From NCBI GenBank assembly GCA_040182905.1, contig JARQWU010000083.1, positions 1 through 36,559 of the forward strand: DNA of 36,559 nucleotides, written 5' to 3'. Positions within the stretch are counted from its first letter, which is position 1; every line of letters begins with the position of its first letter. Origin of the DNA: Barthelona sp. PAP020 (Eukaryota). The notes beneath the pieces are model-generated. The model did not search any database. It was given only the letters and a program-made list of their open reading frames with translations, and had not been told where the DNA came from. The position numbers and the translations under genes were made by a program. This document shows, piece after piece, positions 17,167 to 27,252 of the stretch.

Positions 17167-20100
17167 ATGAGTTTTACAACTGAAGATGTTTATAATAATT
17201 TTGAATTATTATTATTCAATATCAAGGAACAGTCTGATTATAGTGTTTTTGAATCGAACCTTCAAACATTTTTGAGTTCTTCTGATGAGTTCATGTTGTC
17301 TTTATTGGATATCATGGAATCTGATGCATGTAACGGTTTAGTAAGGGAAACTGCATCTGATTTTTTGGTGAAATATTGTGCTCCTGGTACGGATAGTATT
17401 TTTTTGGAATTATTACCTGAAACTCGTGTTGCCATTCCTCAAAGACTTGAAAGTTTGTTGGAAAAACTTTTGATTCTTATGTCGCAAGAAGGTTTTGGTG
17501 AAGAAGGACTTAGTCTATACAAAAAGTTTGCTCAAACATTCAGTATTTTGGTTGAAAGTATTGGATTTCAAGTTTTTAAAAAGGTCCATGCAATTATTGA
17601 AACTTGGTGCAAATTTGAAGATAATGAAGAAATTCGACAAATTGGTTTTACTGCAATTTCAAAAATGGCAACTGTAATTAATAAGAGTGAAGATGCTTTG
17701 AATGATTATTGTTCTTTGGTGGTTGATGGTTTGAACAACGAAAATGTTCCTGAAGTAATTGTCAGTGCCATCAAGGCTTGGTGTTCGATAACATCTCATA
17801 TCAATGGAAAAGATCAAATCGATACATTATCTTCACTGATGGATAAAGTTCTTGAATTACTTCATCTTTGTTTGAGTGTTGAAGCGGATCTAAATGATGC
17901 TGACGAAGTGGCTGTCAAAGCGGAAGCAGAAAAACAAGGATGTGTTATTATAAGAGAATTGAATGAATTGGCCAATTCACGTATGAGAGCCATAAAGCCT
18001 CATTTAGAACCATTGATTCAAGCAATGTTAGATATTATGGAAGCGTCAAATTGTGAAATTTCTGATCCAAATTATCTTCAATTAGAAACGTCTCAATGTG
18101 CTGTTCAATTGATGTTGGATTTATTGGAAACTATTCCTGATCGTATAACACAAATTTCCAACTTTATTGATCGTGTTGTTAAATGGCTTTTGAGTCAAAT
18201 GATCAAAACACCCGAAGATGAGGATTGGGATAGCAAGAGAGAGTTGACCTTGGACGATGATGAAGAATTAGCTCCTGTTTTTTTTGCAGACGTTGCTATT
18301 GATAGGTTTGCTCTTAAAGTACCAGGTCAGTTGCTTCTTAATTCACTTAGTGAAAATATCGGCGATTTAATAAATTCGAAGGAGTGGAATCATCGTATTG
18401 CAGGGATTAACGCTTTATCAGCTTGTGCTGAAGGTTTGGTTCAGAATGGCATTCCTTTGGAATCGTTGGAACAATTAACTTCCACAATTTTAGAAATGAT
18501 GAATGATGATCATAAAAGAGTTCGTCATGTTGCTATTCATTGTATGAGTGAATTCATCACAAATTTCCCAGATTTTGTTGACATGTTTGGAGATTACTTT
18601 TTGGAAGCTGGGCTTGCAAGACGAGAAACTGAGACTGTTGAAAAGAATCTTTCTCCTTTAGCAGATGCTTTTGTTTTATTATTGGAAACTGCAGAAGATT
18701 CTTACATTGTTGAAGATTATAAAGATGATTTGGTTGATTTTGCCTTAGATTTGTTAAATAGAGAAACTCCTTGGGTTATTCAATCTGGTTTAAATCTTTT
18801 TGGTGCTATTGCAACTTGTTTAAAAGAAGATTTTAGTGAATACTATGAAGAAGTCGCTGAAATGTTACTTGAATCTTTAAATTCTATTGGTACTAATGAT
18901 TCATCTCTTGACCAAGATCAAAAATTATTGCGTAGTGTTATTTATGATGTATGGACTTTAATTGGATATCATACCAAACATCCTAAATTTAAGGAAGATG
19001 GACATGATTTGATGGTAAACGTTACAAAGTTGAAACCTTCTTTAAGCACAGATGATCCATTAAATGACACCTATTTTACTTTATTCAGTCGTGTTTCAAC
19101 AATTTTGGGGAATGAAATTGGTGATCTTTTGGATACATTCATGGAAAATGCATTGCCTGTCTTACAAGAACCCGAAGATATTAAATATCAAACAATTGCT
19201 GACGTTAGTCAATTTGAATCCACCACTGATGAAGCAGGATATGTGAGTTTTCTCAGTGGCAATCAAAAGTTTTGTTACAATCAAAGTCAAGCTGATGAGA
19301 AATCTGCAATTTGTGGGTCACTTGCCACTGTTGTTGCTGTTGCTGAACGTGCATTTATACCATATTTATCCGACACTCTAGCTATTTGTATTGACATGTT
19401 TCAAACCCGATTTGTTGAATTATTACCACCTGTTTTGAAATTAGCTTGTTCTCTCATGAGTTTAGTCAAATTGTTAAACGAAGAAGATGTTGAACCTGAG
19501 GATAAACAAAAACAACTAAAGATTTTTTCGGATATGTTCAATGCTTTCATTGCTGCATTTTTACAAATTTTATTGAATTTGAAGAGTGATTCAAATGGGG
19601 ATTTGGTTACCATAAATCCTGACTTTCTTTTTGATTTCACTTGGTTGAATGATGCTAGCATTGCCATGAAACATTTCTCAACAATCATTTATTATTACTC
19701 ACCTTATTTGGAAGAAGATCACCAAATTGCCATTTTCTCAATGTTAACTTTGATTTTGGAGCAAATTAAAGCTTTAAGGGAAACAACTGCAAATGACATT
19801 GATGATGAATATGTTGCTGAAGATGAACAGGCTGAATATGAATTATTGATCAGTATTAGTGTTACTGTTGGACATATGATGAAACATATGAAAAGTGAGA
19901 ATCTCAATTTATTATTGTCGTTTGTTGACAATGAAGCATTCCAGTATTTTAATGGTATTGATCCATCAATTGATGAAGAAGAAGGAATTGTTTTAGGAGA
20001 TAAAATGTTGGATGCTCAATTTTATTTGTGTGTTATTTCTGACATCATTGTCTATTTTCATCAAGATGAAAGAATTGATATGGTTATTGATATGGGATTA

Positions 20101-20688
20101 CCTATTGCTCTCAGCAGATTTTTCACACTAGCGGACGATGACATTGACAATTTATCTTTGGATCAAACTATTGCTTTTTATTTGAATTTATGTGCTCAAC
20201 ATAGATTCAATTTGATTGAAAATTACATTATGGATATTTATAACAAATGTTTTGCATTAGTGGAAAGTGGAAACTTTGATGTCACGAATGCTGATAACTT
20301 TAGGGATAATTTGATTAGTCTTTTGGTATATATTCTTTATTCTTCGCCTTCAGAAACTTTTGGTGATTCTCTATCAGAAGAATGGATTAAGGTCGTTCAA
20401 TTCTTACCATTAAGAAAAGATGTTGTTGAAGCAAGAACACTTTTCTTATTGTTTGTCACTTTAATTGAACAAAATTATGCCCCCATTTGTCAACAACAAG
20501 AAGTCATGGTGAAGATTTTGAATTGTTTCGTTGATAGTTTATATGGTAAATTTATGATGACTGAATTGAATGACAGAGTTAAAAACATATTGGTTGATTT
20601 CTTTTCTGATGACAATGAGTTGTTGAACAATTTTGCTGAAAAATTAGACAAGAAATCGCAAAAAAAGTTGCAAAGTTTACTTGAATAA
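17167..20688 (+). CDS. Importin-beta family HEAT-repeat protein (importin-5/Kap121-like, divergent)
   Basis: Acidic 1173-aa protein. An acidic loop is followed by ADVAIDRFALKVPG, then WNHRIAGINALSACAEG and DDHKRVRHVAIHC; C-terminal RDNLIS and LPLRKDVVEA. Confidence 0.82.
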   Translation: MSFTTEDVYNNFELLLFNIKEQSDYSVFESNLQTFLSSSDEFMLSLLDIMESDACNGLVRETASDFLVKYCAPGTDSIFLELLPETRVAIPQRLESLLEKLLILMSQEGFGEEGLSLYKKFAQTFSILVESIGFQVFKKVHAIIETWCKFEDNEEIRQIGFTAISKMATVINKSEDALNDYCSLVVDGLNNENVPEVIVSAIKAWCSITSHINGKDQIDTLSSLMDKVLELLHLCLSVEADLNDADEVAVKAEAEKQGCVIIRELNELANSRMRAIKPHLEPLIQAMLDIMEASNCEISDPNYLQLETSQCAVQLMLDLLETIPDRITQISNFIDRVVKWLLSQMIKTPEDEDWDSKRELTLDDDEELAPVFFADVAIDRFALKVPGQLLLNSLSENIGDLINSKEWNHRIAGINALSACAEGLVQNGIPLESLEQLTSTILEMMNDDHKRVRHVAIHCMSEFITNFPDFVDMFGDYFLEAGLARRETETVEKNLSPLADAFVLLLETAEDSYIVEDYKDDLVDFALDLLNRETPWVIQSGLNLFGAIATCLKEDFSEYYEEVAEMLLESLNSIGTNDSSLDQDQKLLRSVIYDVWTLIGYHTKHPKFKEDGHDLMVNVTKLKPSLSTDDPLNDTYFTLFSRVSTILGNEIGDLLDTFMENALPVLQEPEDIKYQTIADVSQFESTTDEAGYVSFLSGNQKFCYNQSQADEKSAICGSLATVVAVAERAFIPYLSDTLAICIDMFQTRFVELLPPVLKLACSLMSLVKLLNEEDVEPEDKQKQLKIFSDMFNAFIAAFLQILLNLKSDSNGDLVTINPDFLFDFTWLNDASIAMKHFSTIIYYYSPYLEEDHQIAIFSMLTLILEQIKALRETTANDIDDEYVAEDEQAEYELLISISVTVGHMMKHMKSENLNLLLSFVDNEAFQYFNGIDPSIDEEEGIVLGDKMLDAQFYLCVISDIIVYFHQDERIDMVIDMGLPIALSRFFTLADDDIDNLSLDQTIAFYLNLCAQHRFNLIENYIMDIYNKCFALVESGNFDVTNADNFRDNLISLLVYILYSSPSETFGDSLSEEWIKVVQFLPLRKDVVEARTLFLLFVTLIEQNYAPICQQQEVMVKILNCFVDSLYGKFMMTELNDRVKNILVDFFSDDNELLNNFAEKLDKKSQKKLQSLLE

Positions 20689-20888
20689 AGCATTTATTGA
20701 TTCATATGGCGTTTGAAATAAAGTTCAATTGTTGAAAATATCTTTCCTTTTTTTTTTTTCTTTCGTCACTTTTAAAATTATTTGTTGTGTAAATATCTTG
20801 ACAAAATTTGTTGCTGCTTTGAGGTAAAATGTTCTTTTGATTGAAAATAGAAAAAAAAATCTGTATCTTTTTTTTTTTTTTAAATTTT

Positions 20889-21254
20889 ATGTTAGAGAAG
20901 TTTATTCGTCACTTTAAAAAAGCTTTCAAGAAAAAAGTTGAATGGGAACAAGTTTGTTTGAATTCTTTATTTATTCTAATCAATTAGAGCGAATTGATGT
21001 ACATTATCTTCTTTTTGTCTCAATTTATTGCCATATTTTTGGGCTGTATATGCGGTATTTTTCAAATTAAAGGGTTTATCGGATTTATCATTTTTGTTTT
21101 GGGTGAAATGATTTTTTTCACCTCATATCTGAATTATTTGGGTTTAGATGAAGAAGAATTTGGAGGAAGAATGACATTATTGAAAGATTCATTGGTTCCA
21201 ATGATTGCTTCTTTCTTAATTCCTTGGATATTAATTTACTCTGTTTTTGCATAA
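20889..21254 (+). CDS. RAB5IF: RAB5IF/OPTI (C20orf24, Rab5ip family) ER membrane protein; join(20889..20951,20988..21254)
   Basis: Spliced product MLEKFIRHFKKAFKKKVEWEQ|SELMYIIFFLSQFIAIFLG...KGFIGF...LGLDEEEFGG...L, which carries the family's DEEE(Y/F)GG signature. Confidence 0.85.
20952..20987 (+). other. Spliceosomal intron, 36 nt, phase 0
   Basis: GTTTGT...TCTAAT-CAATTAG. The terminal TAG would be an in-frame stop if the intron were retained; removal restores a family-like N-terminus. Confidence 0.8.
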
Positions 21255-21733
21255 AATGAAAAACTTTTTTCATGTTTTTTACAAAAAAAAATCAGTAGAC
21301 CAAGAAAGTAAGTGGTTTCAATGAATAGAAAAATTTTTATTTTGCTGGTTTTAAAAACTCGTCTCAAATAAACAATTATTTTAAAATGAATTTTTTTTTA
21401 CTTGTTGAGATTTGTATTTAAGTGTCAATACAGTAATGTTTCTTTTAACATTCAAAATTCCAAGCCATGCAATTTTTTGCTTCTTTTGTTTTTAAATATA
21501 AAGAATCAACTACATGTTCAAAGATTTATTTTCTTGAAAATTAATTTGCAACAAAAGAAAGAAAGAACATTCATCAATTTTTTTTCCCAATAATCTTCTA
21601 ATTCTTTTGAAAATCAATTGTTACAATGTAATTATAAAGATTTACCAATTCACCCAAGTATTTTGGAAAATTATGGGAAAAAAGGCGAATTTGTTTTTAA
21701 AAAATTTTTTTTATCTTTCATCTTTATCTCTAA

Positions 21734-22417
21734 ATGCCTGAATACGGAGACCCCAAATACTGGGATGAGGTATCGAATTTTATTTGCAATTTAATCTAAC
21801 AATAGCGTTATGAAAAAGACACTGGGAATTTTGATTGGTATGTGACTTATGTATCCTTAAAAGATCACATTCAACCTCATTTAGCCCCTGGATCTCAAAT
21901 TCTTCAACTTGGTTGTGGTAATTCTCGTTTAGCTGCACAAATGTTTGAGGATGGATACAAAAATATCACCAATATTGATATCTCTGAAGTGTGTGTAAAC
22001 GCTATGAAACAAAGATATGCGGATTTAGCAGGAATGAAATGGCAAGTTATGAATGCTTGTAAATTGGATTTCGAACCTCAATCTTTTGATGTTATTATTG
22101 ATAAGGGAACATTAGACGCTGTTTTGTGTGGTCGTGATTCTTTTGATCTTGCTTTTAGAATGCATCAAAATGTTTTCAAATGTTTGAAACCTGGTGGAAC
22201 TTACATCAACATTACTTATGGTTTACCCGAAACAAGACAAGACCATTTCCAACGTCAAGGACTTGATTGGACTGTTACTACCAAAACAATTCCCAAGGCT
22301 TTATCTTCCGAAGATGCTTCAAAACCTTCCTCTTATTTCTATGTGTATATTATGAAGAAGAATGATCAAGCTTCTACTGTTGATACTGAAAATGTTGAAT
22401 CATCTGCTCAAGAATAA
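21734..22417 (+). CDS. Class I SAM-dependent methyltransferase, EEF1AKMT4/METTL13-N-like; join(21734..21769,21806..22417)
   Basis: Splicing restores the family motif YGDPKYWDE|RY...FDWY. Other motifs: LGCGNSRL, NIDIS, FDVIIDKGTLDA and LKPGG. Confidence 0.9.
21770..21805 (+). other. Spliceosomal intron, 36 nt, phase 0
   Basis: GTATCG...TCTAAC-AATAG. It contains an in-frame TAA and interrupts the conserved YWDERY motif. Confidence 0.9.
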
Positions 22418-22713
22418 AAGATTTATATAACTTGTTTCTTTTTTTTTTCTTTTTCACAATTATTTGAAGTTTTTTGTCGAAAGCTTAGAGCAGCACATTT
22501 TTAATACTTTTTTTAACAATGTTCGTAAGTTCATGAAGAGAAATAGTTGTTTTCAAAATATGTGTAGGATTTTCTGAAAAAATAAAAATTTGATTCACTT
22601 TTATCGAATAGAACACATTATTGTTACTAGATGCAATTGCGAATTGAATGATAATCAACTGAATTTAGAATTTAAAAATAAAGCATTCATCTTTTTTTTT
22701 TTCCCATCATTTG

Positions 22714-23604
22714 ATGTCATTTAATTGTGCTTTCGAAACAAAGCCACTCCCAATTAAATCTTTCAAAGATTTGAATCCAATTGACATTTCAAATTTTCAT
22801 ACTTGTGATTTCAGAGATATTATTATGATCTATCAAATTAATTCCAATTTAATTCAACCTTTTGATATATCAAATCAACAATTTGATTCAGCTTGTTGTT
22901 ATTTGGTTATCCATCAGTATTTTGTAAAGAATCCATCTCAAAGCGAAGTATTACCCTATAAATTTCATACACAATCTACTTCTGAAATATCATCTGGTCA
23001 AAAAAATTTGAATGACGTTGTGGATGAATTTTTGGATAAGTTTACTGAAGAAAGTCTTACAACTGTTCAAACTGTGTTTTCTGATTCTTCTTTTTTTGTT
23101 TCTTCTGGAGATAAAAGACAACCATTTACATTAAATCAAAAACTATATCTTTGGGAAGGAAAGAACATTGATTTTGACACATTGAATTTGACGATTCAAT
23201 TATTGATGGAGATTGATGATGTTCTTATTGATTTATCATTTGAACAAAAACTAAATTTGCAATTTGGAAATTGTTTAAAAAGCCTTGATGATTTTTATAG
23301 TTTTGAAATTGCTTCCAATAAAAAAGCCACTATAAATTTGCTCGAAGATATTTTGCTTTACAAAAATGAAGAAGTAATATTTAATGAGGTCAACTTATGT
23401 TTAGGAGATGATTTATCAAATAAGAAAACCGATGATGATTTGGATGAAGAAATTGAAAATGTTTTGCATGATATTGATGCAACTTTCAAGAAGAGTAAGA
23501 AAATTCCAAAATCGTTTGATCTTCCAATAACACCCTTGAAAAATGTTATTTCAAACGTAAAGACTCAAGATATTAAACCTTCTGAACCTATTGAAATTGA
23601 TTGA
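22714..23604 (+). CDS. Hypothetical protein (~296 aa) with a possible divergent gelsolin-like domain
   Basis: ORF with ATG at 22714. FDSACCYLVIHQY and KLYLWEGK resemble gelsolin-repeat strands (FxxxDCYxxL, xxxWxG). Confidence 0.65.
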   Translation: MSFNCAFETKPLPIKSFKDLNPIDISNFHTCDFRDIIMIYQINSNLIQPFDISNQQFDSACCYLVIHQYFVKNPSQSEVLPYKFHTQSTSEISSGQKNLNDVVDEFLDKFTEESLTTVQTVFSDSSFFVSSGDKRQPFTLNQKLYLWEGKNIDFDTLNLTIQLLMEIDDVLIDLSFEQKLNLQFGNCLKSLDDFYSFEIASNKKATINLLEDILLYKNEEVIFNEVNLCLGDDLSNKKTDDDLDEEIENVLHDIDATFKKSKKIPKSFDLPITPLKNVISNVKTQDIKPSEPIEID

Positions 23605-23784
23605 ATTGTTTTTACATGTAAATTGTTTTTCTTTTTTTTCCTGCTGTGTTTTTGTTTTCTAATAATTTCTTCTTGTTTCTTTTTTATTTTACTTCTTTTC
23701 AAAAAAAAAAATGCAAAAGAAACTGTTCGAGACAAAAAAAATTGTTTTGATGAAAATTTTGATCATTTGTTAAAATCGTTTATC

Positions 23785-25566
23785 ATGGGAATCCCGATTC
23801 CTAACACAGAGTATATACTAACTCCTAATGTAATTTTAGTTGTTGGAGTAATAGTTTCTTTTGCCTTTTCTTTTGGAATAGGGGCAAATGATGTTGCCAA
23901 TACTTTGAGCACTGCAGTTGGATCTGGTGCGATATCGCTGCATTTTGCAGTTATTTTAGGTGGATTTATGGAATTTGCCGGTGCTGTTTTGATGGGAGGA
24001 AAAGTTTCCGATACAATTAGAAAAGATATCGTTGACCCCAATTCTTTTACAAATTATTATAATTTTATGGGCGGTATGCTTGCAACATTGATGGGTGGTA
24101 CTTTGTGGTTATTATTGGCTATTATATTTAGGTTACCAGTTTCTACAACTCATGCTGTTATTGGAGGTGTAAGTGGATTTGCAATAATTGCCGTTGGAGT
24201 CTCTTCTATTGTTTGGAATAAAATTGGACTCATTGCAGCTTCTTGGTTATTATCTCCAATTGTGGGTGGAGTTTTTTCAGCTTTGATTTATTGGATTATG
24301 GATAAAACTTGGATGTCTACAAAAATGAAATTAACTAATGCTTTGGTATGGATGCCATCTTTCATATTTGTCACTTCCGTCATTTATTGTGTATTTATCA
24401 TGTACAAGGTGTTTCCTGTTACTATATCATTTACAATGGCATTGTTGATTAGTATTGCACTGAGCATTTTTGTTTCCTTGTTTTATATTTATATTGTTAG
24501 AAAACAACAGTACATTCGGTTTGCTGCAGAATTGTTGGAAGAGAGAAAAGAAGCTCAAAACCCCTGCAAACAAACAAAAGAAGAACCAGAAGAAACCGTT
24601 TGTATTGACTTCGACATTGATTTTTCTTCTCCTGTTGATTTTAACAGTGATTTAAAATTTGAATCATTCATTGATTTTAACATTGATCCTGATTTCGAGT
24701 TGGTTGATTATTCATCGCCTCATCAGTTTGAAATTGCCAGTCCAAAACAAAAAGATATGATTGAAGACAATATTGAAGACAATGTTGCTGAAAATTCAAA
24801 ATTAAATTTTGTTGAAACATATTTGAATGATGATGAAATTGCAAAATTGAATGAACAAATTGGACATGTGCATGAAGATGATATAGTTTCATACGAAGAT
24901 TCCGTGGATCCATCTATTGATGGTTTCATTGATGGTGATGTTGAATCTCCATTTAATACATCTAAATCATCTTCTGTTTGGACGGATCAAGAATCTGATG
25001 ATGAAGATGTTGATGAAAATACCAAAAAACATGTTGCCTTTGAAGCCATTTTCATTCCTTTGCAATTAGCCACTTCTTTATCTTTGGCTTTTGCTCATGG
25101 ATCAAATGATACTGCAAACTCCACTGGTCCCATGACAGCTATTATTGCTTGTTGGGAATCAATGTCTGTTGAAAGCAATGCAGTTGTACCATTATGGGTT
25201 ATGGTTTTGGGCGGATTTGGTATTGTCTGTGGTTTGAGTGTTTTAGGACATAAAGTTATTGCAATTGTTGGAAGCAATATTACTGAAATATCTCCCTCAA
25301 TTGGTTTTGTTGTTCAATTATCTGCTTCAATTGTTGTTTTGTTGGGTTCTTCTTTTGGATTACCCCTATCAACCACTCACACATTAATTGGTTGTATTGT
25401 CGGCATTGGTTTGATTAGAAAGGGAATAGAAGGAGTAAAATGGAAAATAGTCGTTAATATTGGTGTATCTTGGATTGTTACATTATCTGTTGCTGGCAGT
25501 ACCACAGCCATATTTTTTAAATTGCTTCAATTAGGAATGGGTTCTGAAAGATCTTGGATTTTGTGA
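23785..25566 (+). CDS. PiT/SLC20 (PHO4 family) inorganic phosphate transporter
   Basis: Motifs GIGANDVAN, LPVSTTH, AHGSNDTAN and LPLSTTH, with a large acidic central loop. First ATG at 23785. Confidence 0.93.
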   Translation: MGIPIPNTEYILTPNVILVVGVIVSFAFSFGIGANDVANTLSTAVGSGAISLHFAVILGGFMEFAGAVLMGGKVSDTIRKDIVDPNSFTNYYNFMGGMLATLMGGTLWLLLAIIFRLPVSTTHAVIGGVSGFAIIAVGVSSIVWNKIGLIAASWLLSPIVGGVFSALIYWIMDKTWMSTKMKLTNALVWMPSFIFVTSVIYCVFIMYKVFPVTISFTMALLISIALSIFVSLFYIYIVRKQQYIRFAAELLEERKEAQNPCKQTKEEPEETVCIDFDIDFSSPVDFNSDLKFESFIDFNIDPDFELVDYSSPHQFEIASPKQKDMIEDNIEDNVAENSKLNFVETYLNDDEIAKLNEQIGHVHEDDIVSYEDSVDPSIDGFIDGDVESPFNTSKSSSVWTDQESDDEDVDENTKKHVAFEAIFIPLQLATSLSLAFAHGSNDTANSTGPMTAIIACWESMSVESNAVVPLWVMVLGGFGIVCGLSVLGHKVIAIVGSNITEISPSIGFVVQLSASIVVLLGSSFGLPLSTTHTLIGCIVGIGLIRKGIEGVKWKIVVNIGVSWIVTLSVAGSTTAIFFKLLQLGMGSERSWIL

Positions 25567-26007
25567 TTGAGTCCATGCTTAAATTCAGGTTTAGATTTTA
25601 TTCATTTTGATATTACATAGTGGATTTTTATCAAAATAGAAAATTTGAATTTTGGAGATGATTTACGGTTGCATCTCATTTTAAAAGGTTTTTTCGAATC
25701 ATTTCCTTCCTTTTATCATTGAAAATTAAGATTCAATTTTTGGAATATTCAATAAATATTTTTTGCCGTTGTTTTTTTTATAGTTTCAAAAGAAAAAAAA
25801 CATTGTGCAATAAGTAAATTTATGTGTCAAAACAATGAAGATGTAACGACAAGAAACACCCTACTATTAATGAAATTTTTCAAATTATTGTTGAAAAGAG
25901 TAAAAGGAAATATTTCAAGTTAAACAAAAAAGAAAAACCTGGACAAAAAAGAATAAAAAATAAATAAGAGCAAACAAATGAACAAAAAATTCAATGTCCA
26001 ACCCGAT

Positions 26008-27111
26008 CTATTGAATGGAACAACAAAATCCAGCAAAACATCCACCTTCTGAATTTCCATCATCAAATAGGAAGGCCTTCTTATTTTCTTCAATATTTTC
26101 AACAGATTTTACTAACTTTGCGAAAAAAATATCACCACAAATGGTTTCAAATTCGTTGGCTATATCAGGTTCCAGCCATTCCATTATTTTGTCGAAACAA
26201 TCTTTCAATTCATCATCAGGGCAATCAATAATACATCTTTTGAAAAATTTAGTGACCCAAATAACATATTCTTGAATCCTACTGTCAGCTATTAGTTTTA
26301 AAATGTTTGAACAATCACAATTACGCTCATAAAATAGCATAATAATGTCAAACAAAGAATTCTTATTGGAAACATTCATCTCATTCGACCAAACAATTTT
26401 GGATATTTTGAAACATTTCTCAAAAACTGTATATCCTAAATTATTTTTTAAATCTAAATCAACACATTTGTGTTTATCAGTTACAGTTCCAAAGGAAAGT
26501 AAAAATGAAACAATTTCAACATCAAACGTTTGAACGGCAATAAATATAGCACTCTCCCCTTCATAATTTTGATAATTTACATTAATGCCTTCATTACATG
26601 TTAAATTGGATATGCATAATTTATGTTTGTGCATAATAGCAGTTTGCAGCAGATCAATTTCCTTGTCAAATATTATTCCTTCATTTATTACTTTGATATC
26701 ATATTCTAACAAATTTTCTATCCGCTTTTCATAAACATCAATGGTTGCATTGACTTCTTCCAATGATTTTCCACCAATGAAAGACATTTTTTCAAAAGCA
26801 ATTCTTTGAGTAATGGTTTCAATATTAGCCATTTTCTTTCCAGAATGAATTGGATATCCACAACTTGCCAAACAACACTCAAAATTTTCTTTCTCTTTAT
26901 TAACATTCAAATAATAATTATCCATAAATTCTTTAAATACTTTCGGTGATTTCAAGTAATACAAATATGGAAAAGTTCTTTCATTTTCTATTTCGAAGAA
27001 ATTTATTTCTTCAATTCTTACATAATCCTCTTTTTTTGGCAAATTACCTTCTTTTGCATCTATAAATTTGGAAGAATCGTATTTTTCTCCCAATTTGTAA
27101 TCTTGTGTCAT
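26008..27111 (-). CDS. Ankyrin-repeat protein with a C-terminal CaaX-like motif
   Basis: Ankyrin-like NVNYQNYEGESAIFIAV and DLDLKNNLGYT; the protein ends GGCFAGFCCSIQ. Confidence 0.78.
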   Translation of the reverse strand: MTQDYKLGEKYDSSKFIDAKEGNLPKKEDYVRIEEINFFEIENERTFPYLYYLKSPKVFKEFMDNYYLNVNKEKENFECCLASCGYPIHSGKKMANIETITQRIAFEKMSFIGGKSLEEVNATIDVYEKRIENLLEYDIKVINEGIIFDKEIDLLQTAIMHKHKLCISNLTCNEGINVNYQNYEGESAIFIAVQTFDVEIVSFLLSFGTVTDKHKCVDLDLKNNLGYTVFEKCFKISKIVWSNEMNVSNKNSLFDIIMLFYERNCDCSNILKLIADSRIQEYVIWVTKFFKRCIIDCPDDELKDCFDKIMEWLEPDIANEFETICGDIFFAKLVKSVENIEENKKAFLFDDGNSEGGCFAGFCCSIQ

Positions 27112-27252
27112 TGAAAAATATCAATACGAAAAATTCTTAAAAATTCAAATTCACAACCTGATGAAAATTAGAAAAAAATAAATATAGGTTAAAAATTCAT
27201 TTACAAAAAAGAGTCAAATTTTTTTTTAAAAAAAAATTCCGTTAAAAATCCA

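Noticed and set aside
25655..25677. GAGATG/CATCTC hairpin in the convergent spacer
   Set aside because: An isolated 6-bp stem, expected by chance.
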